From positions 32,001-96,000 of IMG/VR virus record IMGVR_UViG_3300042484_001840: 64,000 bases of DNA. One strand, given 5' to 3'. This DNA comes from a virus. Below the pieces are notes generated by a model. That model was not told where the DNA came from. It saw only the letters and a list, made by a program, of their open reading frames with translations, and made no database searches. Each line of letters starts with the position of its first letter. Within the stretch, counting starts at the first letter, position 1. The position numbers and the translations under genes are program-made. Positions 20,381-28,416 of the stretch are shown piece by piece.

Positions 20381-20709
20381 TGGCTGAATATCTTATTTAT
20401 CATGGCGATTTTGGCTCCAGTATTGACGACCCCGGTCTGATGTCAATTAAGGCTGATGGGGTCAAATTAACTATTCGGACCTCTCGTGACATGATGGAAG
20501 AGTGGAAAGATCGCATTGAAAATTCTATGGTTTTGCAGGGTTCAATAAAAGATGGACAAGTAGACCTTGAAAGATATATTTTTGCTAATAAGTATTCCAC
20601 ATGGACATTCTTTACTCAAGAAGAATTTGATGACTATAAAAAAGTGTACAATTCTGTAAAGGGTTCATCAGTAGTTGTGACTATTAAGCCAGAGAAAAAG
20701 AGCAACTAA
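20380..20709 (+). CDS. Small partner protein 2 (candidate immunity), paralog of previous gene
   Basis: MAEYLI...SIKADGV...W...NSMVLQGSIKDGQVDL; translationally coupled. Confidence 0.65.
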   Translation: MAEYLIYHGDFGSSIDDPGLMSIKADGVKLTIRTSRDMMEEWKDRIENSMVLQGSIKDGQVDLERYIFANKYSTWTFFTQEEFDDYKKVYNSVKGSSVVVTIKPEKKSN

Positions 20710-20710
20710 A

Positions 20711-23700
20711 ATGGCAAAGATGCGCGCGTCATCCAAAGAAGATGCAATGAAGATTGCACGCTATGTTGGCTGTTCTGGCGCACACCAAGATAAGAAGGGG
20801 AATTGGATACCTTGTGCCAATCCCGAAGATCTGGTGGAGATCCTAGATAAATCTGCAAGAAACTCTACTGAAAAGTTAACCAAGAAAAAGCGTCGTCGGT
20901 TTGTTAATGGTCAATGGGAAAGACTCGGAGAACGAGGTCCTATCAGTATTGACACAATTGACGGCGGTGGACTTGTGTCTGGTATGGGCAAGTCATTAAC
21001 TGAATGGTTCAAAGAGGAATGGGTTGATATTTCAAGACCCAAAAAGGGTGGCGGGTTTGAGGCGTGCGGACGAGATGACGCAGACAAGGGCAAATACCCT
21101 AAATGCGTACCAGCGTCACGAGCAAGCAATATGTCAGAGGAAGAAATTCGTTCTGCGGTTTCACGAAAAAGAAGAGCAGAATCTACACAAAGTAGAGATG
21201 GCAAAAAACCGATTTATGTTCCTACTGATAAAAAGAACGACCCATTTGTTTTGAACGAAAAATCAGCAATACCCACAAATCCAGAACTTTATGCACGGGT
21301 TAAGGCTGAAGCAAAAAAGAAGTTTGATGTTTATCCTTCTGCTTACGCAAACGCTTGGTTAGTAAGGGAATACAAAAAACGGGGTGGCGGATATCGTTCT
21401 GAAAAAGCAGACGATGGCGATTATGAAGACTTTGTTGAAGACCTCACAGAAATGCAACTATCCGATTTTATTGATTGGGTAGATCAAAAAGAAAAAGCAG
21501 AAAAGGTCTGCCCGCCAGCAACATCAGATATTGGCTTAAATATCAAGAATCGTCAGAATGCTATCAACACGGCTGGTTATGGTCCCCTAAACCCTAAAGA
21601 ACCCAATGTGGACTTTTGGGAAAAGAAGGCAAAACGCTGGTCTGTAACGATTGAAGAATCCAAGAAACAAAAGTGCGGAAACTGTGCTGTCTTTATTAAG
21701 ACTCCTCGGATTCTTGAATGCATTGAGTCGGGTCTTGGTAATGAGGCTGGAGACACTGCTTGGGATGCAATCAATGCTGGTGACCTTGGATACTGCGAGG
21801 CATTTGACTTCAAGTGTGCTTCTGCCCGTACCTGTGATGCATGGGTCGGTGGAGGTCCAGTAACTGTTGAAAAGGGTAAGCAAGAGGAAAAGGCTGATAC
21901 TTCCACGATTATTATTGGTCGTGCTAAGCCTCGCATTGGTGACCCCGATGTCTACACCGACCCCAACTCTGCTCGTCTGCGTTCTCGTAAACTTGGTTGC
22001 ATTGGTATCGCTCGTAGAGAAACGCCAGATGGAGAAGTTGTCTGGACACCCTGCACAAATATCTCAGATCAACGCAGATACCAAGGCGAAACACCCTTAG
22101 GTCAGCGAGATGAGGCTCGGCGTTTTGCTGACAGACTTGCTGAAGTTGGCGGTCCTGATCGTAAGCGCCGACGCATGCGTAAGTACAAGAGCCTTGAATA
22201 CACGACAGATATAAAGGCTTTTCGGACTTTGGGTTCAAGTATGGGCGGTCGCGGGATCAGTGGTAGTTGTCGTGAATTTACTGGAGTTGATGGCGATGGT
22301 GATGGATTCGTATGTAATCCCGCCTCTCGCGAGGACGACCTACCCCTTGCGGACACCCGAAAAATTTTTAAGCGTGGCGGTAAAATGCTGTCAAGACAAG
22401 AATTGGTAGAGCAAGATGAAACAATTCTTAATATGTTTGGCAAAGGTGAATCTTTATCAAAAATCGGTAAAGAAGTAGATCTTGACCCAAAAGAAGTTGA
22501 TTTTTTAATCAATGGTTTCCGCAAAAATAATCCAAAATCTGCATTCACATTATTCAATAATCGCAATATCAATATTCAAAAAAAGCGTGAAGAGCGCAGG
22601 AAATTAGTACTTGAGAATGTTAGAAAAGCCACAGATGCCAACCGCAAGTTAAATGCAAGAGGCGAAGACCCTACGCCAGAATCTGATGATGATCTTGATT
22701 TTACCCTTGATCCAGATAAGGTTCCTCAATATCTTAAAAAGAATTTTGCTAAATATATGCAACGCTTAAAAGACCCTGAATTTGCTGATGAAATAAAAAA
22801 AATTGCTGATGATTTGCGTGCTGGTCTTGGTTTGGCTGGAACGGCAAAAAAATACAAACGAGACTCAGCATTTATAGAAATTGTTCGTAGAAATGAAAAA
22901 ATTACAAAAACAAAAAAACTACAAAAAAACATTAGAGAATCAGAAGTTCCTGATTTTAATAATGATACTGATGACCCCGATTTTACTCTTGACCCAGAAA
23001 AAATTCCTCAATTTTTAAAAAGGGGTTTTGCTGGTAATGTTAGGCTAGCAAGAAGTCCTGAGTTTGCGGAAGAAAGAAAGAAAATTGCTGATGACTTGCT
23101 CCTTGGTCTTGGAATTAATGCCGTAAGATTAAAATATAATCGCGATACTTCATTGGTAGATGTAGTTCGCAGGCTTGAAAAAATTCCAAAATCAAAAGAA
23201 CTCAAAAAAGTTGATCCTAAAATTAGACAGGATGTTGTTGACCTTGTAGATAAATTGATTAAAGATGATAATCCATTCATGTCGGTTGCCGAAATCGCAA
23301 AAGAATTTAAAATTACTGGAATGGATGCGCGTCGGATTATTAATGCTGCAAAATTGGAAAAATATTTTGATTTGCACAATAAATATACAGACGCAAAAAG
23401 AAAAAAACTTTTTGCTGAAGTTGCTGAACTTCATAAACTTGATCTTACATATGAAGAAATAGGCAAACGCTTAGGAATTAGTGGTGATGCAGTAAATCAT
23501 ATTGTAAAAAAAATGAAACTACCCCTAAGACGACCTGGCGGGGGAGGTGGTCTTCCTGGAGTAATAAAAAGAGGTGGCGTAATGATTCCTCGTTCATTGG
23601 CAATGAAACAAAACAAGGAAATGCTTGACTTGTATCAGCGTGGCTATTCTCTTACAGATATTGCTAAAGAAATGGGAATCGGTGTTGCTACCGTTAGGGA

Positions 23701-23959
23701 AATTATTAAAAAATTTGCAGACAATGACAAAGTTCGTATTCGTGGAAATAATGTTACTGAAAAAGAAAATCAAATAAGAAAACTTTTGAAAGAAGGTTTG
23801 CACCCTCGTGAAATTATGCGAGACATTATAGGTAATGTTACATATAGTAGAATTTTAGAAATTGCAAAAGAAGAAGATATTAAAATTCCTCCTATGCGTA
23901 AATTTAAATCCGACAATCAAAACTTCAATTCATTTGAGAACAATGATTATTTTTACTAA
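20711..23959 (+). CDS. 1082-aa modular protein: string of small Cys-containing phage domains plus about 7 tandem HTH-like repeats
   Basis: Two GCxG...WxPC modules, a WFKEEWVD module, a YPSAYANAWLVREYKKRGG module, a CPPATSD...CGNC...YCEAFDFKC module and DGDGDG, then HTH-like segments (LTYEEIGKRLGIS, YSLTDIAKEMGIG, MSVAEIAKEFKIT). Confidence 0.65.
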   Translation: MAKMRASSKEDAMKIARYVGCSGAHQDKKGNWIPCANPEDLVEILDKSARNSTEKLTKKKRRRFVNGQWERLGERGPISIDTIDGGGLVSGMGKSLTEWFKEEWVDISRPKKGGGFEACGRDDADKGKYPKCVPASRASNMSEEEIRSAVSRKRRAESTQSRDGKKPIYVPTDKKNDPFVLNEKSAIPTNPELYARVKAEAKKKFDVYPSAYANAWLVREYKKRGGGYRSEKADDGDYEDFVEDLTEMQLSDFIDWVDQKEKAEKVCPPATSDIGLNIKNRQNAINTAGYGPLNPKEPNVDFWEKKAKRWSVTIEESKKQKCGNCAVFIKTPRILECIESGLGNEAGDTAWDAINAGDLGYCEAFDFKCASARTCDAWVGGGPVTVEKGKQEEKADTSTIIIGRAKPRIGDPDVYTDPNSARLRSRKLGCIGIARRETPDGEVVWTPCTNISDQRRYQGETPLGQRDEARRFADRLAEVGGPDRKRRRMRKYKSLEYTTDIKAFRTLGSSMGGRGISGSCREFTGVDGDGDGFVCNPASREDDLPLADTRKIFKRGGKMLSRQELVEQDETILNMFGKGESLSKIGKEVDLDPKEVDFLINGFRKNNPKSAFTLFNNRNINIQKKREERRKLVLENVRKATDANRKLNARGEDPTPESDDDLDFTLDPDKVPQYLKKNFAKYMQRLKDPEFADEIKKIADDLRAGLGLAGTAKKYKRDSAFIEIVRRNEKITKTKKLQKNIRESEVPDFNNDTDDPDFTLDPEKIPQFLKRGFAGNVRLARSPEFAEERKKIADDLLLGLGINAVRLKYNRDTSLVDVVRRLEKIPKSKELKKVDPKIRQDVVDLVDKLIKDDNPFMSVAEIAKEFKITGMDARRIINAAKLEKYFDLHNKYTDAKRKKLFAEVAELHKLDLTYEEIGKRLGISGDAVNHIVKKMKLPLRRPGGGGGLPGVIKRGGVMIPRSLAMKQNKEMLDLYQRGYSLTDIAKEMGIGVATVREIIKKFADNDKVRIRGNNVTEKENQIRKLLKEGLHPREIMRDIIGNVTYSRILEIAKEEDIKIPPMRKFKSDNQNFNSFENNDYFY

Positions 23960-24121
23960 TATTTAACAATTTTTGTAATATAACTGTCAAAAAGTGCGGT
24001 GTTACACTAGAAGCACTTACATATCTGTTATTGTAAATTGAGACGCGGTAACTGGGTGCTTACCTGAGCATTACTGGTCAGAACAACCAAACCAAATCAA
24101 CATTCTCAAGGAGAGAAAATT

Positions 24122-25420
24122 ATGTCAGTAGACGAAGGTCGCCTCACAGAATTGCAGTCTGCACTGCGTTCAAAAATGGCTGATAACAAGGCTATCGCTG
24201 ATTCGTTCAGCATTGAAGATGGCGTTGTACAGGTCACCACCCAGCAAAAGTCAGCGTTTGACAAGAACATGTCAGACATCAAGGAAATCAAGAGCCTCAT
24301 TGAGGGTCTTGAGTCCATGCGTCAGGTTGAGCAGTGGGGTTCCGCCCCTATCAGCGATTCAATCGCTGCTACTGCCGCTGCTGCAGGATTCCACATTCCC
24401 CGTGGCGCTAAGAGCCTCGGTGAATTGTTTATTGATTCGCCTGAATTCAAGTCGCTTGCTGGCGGTAAGAATGGCGCAAACATGCCCAGCCCGTTCCAGT
24501 TGAACGGTAGCGTTGCAGGACTCGGTTCATTCAGCCAGAAGGACTTGTACTCGTCATTGCCGAGCGGTACCCCTGGTTCGTTCGGTAGCATCCAACGCGA
24601 CCCGATTGTTGTGCCCCCCATGCGTACCAAGCGCGTTCGTGACTTGTTCCCAACCCGCACCACCACTGCCGCCGTTATTGAATACTTCCGTATGACTGGC
24701 TTCACCAACGCCGCTTCAACCGTTGCCGAGCGCAATGGTGGAAACACTGCATTCGGTGCAAAGCCACAGTCGGGCTTCACTTTCGCTGGCGCTCAAGCCC
24801 CCGTTCGTACCTTGGCTCACTGGGAAGCCGCTCACCGCAATGTTCTTGCCGATGAACCGCAATTGCGTTCAATCATTGACAACGAATTGATGTACGGTCT
24901 GCGTCTTGCCGAAGATGACCAAATCCTCAACGGTGACGGAACTGGCGAAAACCTTGAAGGTGTTCTCCAGACCTCGGGCATCCAGACATACGCAAAGGGC
25001 GACAGTGGCGTTGCTTCTGACAACTATGCTGACGCGATTCGTCGTGCGGCTACCTTGTCGTTCCTCGCTTACTACGAGCCAACGGGCGTTGTCATGCACC
25101 CGAATGACTGGGAGCAGATTGAATTGTCCAAGGACGACAATGGTCAGTACCTCGTTGCTGTCAGCGTCGCCCTCGGTGGCGAACCCCGCTTGTGGCGCAT
25201 CCCCGTTGTGGAAACTCCAGCAATTGCTGAAGGAACCGCTTTGGTTGGTGCCTTCGGTACGGGCGCACAGTTGTACGACCGTGAGCAGGCTTCAATTCGC
25301 ATCAGCGAACAGCATGCTGACTTCTTCGTGCGTAACGCCATCGTGATTCTTGCCGAACAGCGCCTTGCGCTCGCCGTCAAGCGTCCTGAGGCATTCGTTT
25401 CTGTGGACTTCACTTCCTGA
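24122..25420 (+). CDS. HK97-fold major capsid protein with N-terminal delta domain
   Basis: Coiled-coil N-terminus, VRTLAHW, EDDQILNGDGTGENLEG, VMHPNDW, RLWRIPVVET, FVRNAIVILAEQRLALAVKRPEAF; AGGAG RBS. Confidence 0.95.
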   Translation: MSVDEGRLTELQSALRSKMADNKAIADSFSIEDGVVQVTTQQKSAFDKNMSDIKEIKSLIEGLESMRQVEQWGSAPISDSIAATAAAAGFHIPRGAKSLGELFIDSPEFKSLAGGKNGANMPSPFQLNGSVAGLGSFSQKDLYSSLPSGTPGSFGSIQRDPIVVPPMRTKRVRDLFPTRTTTAAVIEYFRMTGFTNAASTVAERNGGNTAFGAKPQSGFTFAGAQAPVRTLAHWEAAHRNVLADEPQLRSIIDNELMYGLRLAEDDQILNGDGTGENLEGVLQTSGIQTYAKGDSGVASDNYADAIRRAATLSFLAYYEPTGVVMHPNDWEQIELSKDDNGQYLVAVSVALGGEPRLWRIPVVETPAIAEGTALVGAFGTGAQLYDREQASIRISEQHADFFVRNAIVILAEQRLALAVKRPEAFVSVDFTS

Positions 25421-25442
25421 TTCTAGAACGAATCAAGTGATT

Positions 25443-25467
25443 AGCCCCCCAGCAATGGGGGGCTTTT
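25443..25467 (+). terminator. Rho-independent terminator after capsid gene
   Basis: AGCCCCCCA-GCAA-TGGGGGGCT followed by TTT. Confidence 0.85.
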
Positions 25468-25522
25468 CGCTGTTCTGGGGCAGGTTTAGGTTGTATAATT
25501 AGGTAGTCGTTTTAGGGAGAGT

Positions 25523-26419
25523 TTGATGGCAGTTACTCAAAGTGCACGCTTACAGGTTTATAGGTGGACTGAAGATACCGATGAGTTCACTCGCGCCTAC
25601 ATGGACACCAGTCATGAAAATCTAGAATCTTATGCTGCCAAGTTAACAACTGGCATTAGTTTGCCCGCTGTTTCGTCTGCATATGCTCGTTCTTTCTTTT
25701 TTAACACCGCCACAGATAAACTTTATTTTTATGACACAGGTGACGCTTCTGGGGATTGGCGAGAAATCACCCTAGATCCGTCAGTTAATAAGTCAATCTT
25801 TACTGGCGCTGGTCAGATTCTTTATTCAACTGGTTCGGCTACCCCAGCGGTACTAGCCTCTGGGACTAGTGGGCAGTTTTTAACAACCAATGGCACTGCC
25901 CCAAGTTGGACTAGTGCTGTAGTTACTCCTACGGGCACTCAGACTCTTACTAACAAGACGCTGACATCACCAACGATCAATACCGCACCAATAAACCGTT
26001 CTGTATTGGGCGCTCCTTTTGAGAAGTGGGCAGTCTCTACTTCCGCAATTAGTACAAGTCTCAATACTGGCGTAAACCTATACATAGAAAACAACTCTGG
26101 CGCTTTTATGTATACGGGAAGCGCAACAAATACTTGGATTCCAAACATTAGTTATAGTGCTGCTCTAACGCTAAATAACAATATGGCAATTAATAACACT
26201 TTAACTGTCTCAGTTATTGCAAACATTGGCTCTACTGCCGCTTTTGCAAGTACTTTAAAGATTGATGATTCAACAGTGACGGTTCAATGGCAGGGAGGAC
26301 TCGTGCCCTCAACTGGCAACTCAAGTGCTTATGATGTTTATTCATACGCAATTGTTAAGACAGATACCTCTACTTACACTGTCTTTGGCTCAAGAACCAA
26401 ATTTGACACGGTTCCGTAA
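25523..26419 (+). CDS. Tail-fibre-like/structural protein
   Basis: Thr/Ser/Gly-rich; GTSGQFLTTNGTAPSW, TQTLTNKTLTSP and C-terminal WQGG..P......DVYSY motifs common in phage fibres. Confidence 0.65.
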   Translation: MMAVTQSARLQVYRWTEDTDEFTRAYMDTSHENLESYAAKLTTGISLPAVSSAYARSFFFNTATDKLYFYDTGDASGDWREITLDPSVNKSIFTGAGQILYSTGSATPAVLASGTSGQFLTTNGTAPSWTSAVVTPTGTQTLTNKTLTSPTINTAPINRSVLGAPFEKWAVSTSAISTSLNTGVNLYIENNSGAFMYTGSATNTWIPNISYSAALTLNNNMAINNTLTVSVIANIGSTAAFASTLKIDDSTVTVQWQGGLVPSTGNSSAYDVYSYAIVKTDTSTYTVFGSRTKFDTVP

Positions 26420-26421
26420 CT

Positions 26422-28143
26422 ATGCCTCTATTTTCTAGTTTTTCCGCGAGTTCTGCTCGCTCGTTAGGCTTGACGAGTGGAGCGCCTCCTGGTCCCCCAG
26501 TTATTACCAGTAATTCTTCAACCGCAACAACGCTTACTATTGGTATTACGCCAGTTCTTGGTTCTTTTGAAATTTCAAGATTTGAATACAGTCTCAATGG
26601 TGCGTCGTATACGGGTAATATTTCTGGCTCTGCTACCACATTTCAATTTACTGGACTAGTACCAAGTACTTCATACACAGTTCGTATTCGTGCCGTTGAT
26701 GCTTCTAGTCAGATTAGTGATGTGTCTAATCAGATAACACGAAGTACAACTGCCGAAATTCCACCTTCTGCTCCAAGCGTTAGCCTTACTCAAAGAGAGT
26801 CGGCTGTAGGTTCTGGTGGAACTGCAATTAATGCAACAAAACTTAATTTTTCGTATGGTGTCGCCACTGCTGGAACTTATCCAGTTACTTCCTATGAGTA
26901 CATTCTCTATCGGGGGGCAACGCTCATAACTGCGGCGGCGGTGCCGATGGCTCCGAATACAAATCACATCATTGAGGGCTTGACTCCAGGATCTTCGCAT
27001 ACTGTTTATGTCCGCGCTATTGCTACTGCGAATGGGACAACCCCTGGGGATTACGGTTCTGCAACTGCATCAACGGATACAGAAATTGCAAATAGCCCCC
27101 CTAGTCTAACTATCACGAGCCAAGATACAGTTAATGTCACATTTAGTGTTAGCGGCAGTACTGGCGGAACATACGGCGTAAGGGCATATCTTTGGCTTGT
27201 TGTCCGTAACTCCGATGGAGTGTGGGTTAATTCAGGTGAAACAACAAATACTTCAAACACAGTTAACGCTGGAACTCCACCTGATGGTAGTTTTACAATA
27301 TATGCAGCCGCAAAAAGTTTAGTAAGTAATCTACAAGGTAATAATTCATCTGTTGGCGGTCAGTTGAACCCACTAGTGCCAGCCCCCCCCATTATTTATT
27401 TCTCGTCTGAAAGTGCAAGCGAGCGAGGTACTGCCTATTTAGCATGGAATGCTGTTCCATACGCAACGCAATATCAGGTATTTAGAAATGGAGTTCATTA
27501 CGCCACAACTGGTTCAACATCGTACAATGTCCCAGTTTCTGCTGGCAGTAATTGGAACTTTTTTGTTAGGGCAGGCAATAGACTAGACCAGTTCTCTGGT
27601 AATTCCAATACCAAGTACATGACCACTGGCGCTACGGGTGTTCCGTGGTCCAGTACGGTTTCAACAGCAAGATACATTCAAAACTATGGTTCTTGCGTTC
27701 AGGGCGACTCAATTAGTAGTCTTGTTATCCAAGCACCAGCGTCTGCCAGTAATGAAAATGACGCTGGGCATTACTTTATTGAAAAAATCGGTTTTGAGGG
27801 TTTAAAAACTCCAGGTGGTTTTAATTTTATTCGCTCTTCAACCCGCCTTCTTTATATACAAAAAACATCAGGACCTTCACCAACCGTTCCTGAATGGTCG
27901 GCTGGGAAGCACACTATTAATAACTTTGCATTAAGTGAAACAACTGGGTTCATTTATGAATGGGGCGTTTATCAGGGTGGTGCAGACATTTCAAATGTGG
28001 TTTTTAAAGTGACTACAACACTGCAATACGGAGGCGGATGGGGTGCCTTTAATAGTGGTTGTTCACCACAAGCAGAATATTCTGTTATTGGTAGAAATAT
28101 AAAATTAACTGGAACTGTAGTAACAGCAACTACATATGGTTAA
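26422..28143 (+). CDS. Fibronectin type III repeat structural protein
   Basis: FTGLVPSTSYTVRIRAVD, IEGLTPGSSHTVYVRA, LAWNAVPYATQYQVFRNG. Confidence 0.75.
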   Translation: MPLFSSFSASSARSLGLTSGAPPGPPVITSNSSTATTLTIGITPVLGSFEISRFEYSLNGASYTGNISGSATTFQFTGLVPSTSYTVRIRAVDASSQISDVSNQITRSTTAEIPPSAPSVSLTQRESAVGSGGTAINATKLNFSYGVATAGTYPVTSYEYILYRGATLITAAAVPMAPNTNHIIEGLTPGSSHTVYVRAIATANGTTPGDYGSATASTDTEIANSPPSLTITSQDTVNVTFSVSGSTGGTYGVRAYLWLVVRNSDGVWVNSGETTNTSNTVNAGTPPDGSFTIYAAAKSLVSNLQGNNSSVGGQLNPLVPAPPIIYFSSESASERGTAYLAWNAVPYATQYQVFRNGVHYATTGSTSYNVPVSAGSNWNFFVRAGNRLDQFSGNSNTKYMTTGATGVPWSSTVSTARYIQNYGSCVQGDSISSLVIQAPASASNENDAGHYFIEKIGFEGLKTPGGFNFIRSSTRLLYIQKTSGPSPTVPEWSAGKHTINNFALSETTGFIYEWGVYQGGADISNVVFKVTTTLQYGGGWGAFNSGCSPQAEYSVIGRNIKLTGTVVTATTYG

Positions 28144-28184
28144 AACTATCACTATAAAGTAAATACCTATGTCATAATATAGGT

Positions 28185-28415
28185 GTGAAAACAATTCTTC
28201 TCCGCATCCTAGCAACATTCGCTGCTTCTGGTCTTGGCGTTATTGGAGCAGGCGCAATCGCTAATGTACCCATTTGGCAATCAATGCTTATGGCTGGAAT
28301 TGGTGGAGTTGCGCTAGTCGTAGAAGGTCTTTCACGGGCATATCTGGATGACGGCAAATTAACTAAAGATGAAATTAATGCCGTTTTCAGTAAGGTAGAC
28401 AAGAAGGCTAAGTGA
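28185..28415 (+). CDS. Holin-like membrane protein
   Basis: Two hydrophobic helices followed by DDGKLTKDEINAVF and a basic tail. Confidence 0.55.
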   Translation: MKTILLRILATFAASGLGVIGAGAIANVPIWQSMLMAGIGGVALVVEGLSRAYLDDGKLTKDEINAVFSKVDKKAK

Positions 28416-28416
28416 C

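Noticed and set aside
22285-22310. DGDGDG as an EF-hand calcium-binding domain
   Set aside because: Single isolated motif without flanking helices; treated as a linker motif.
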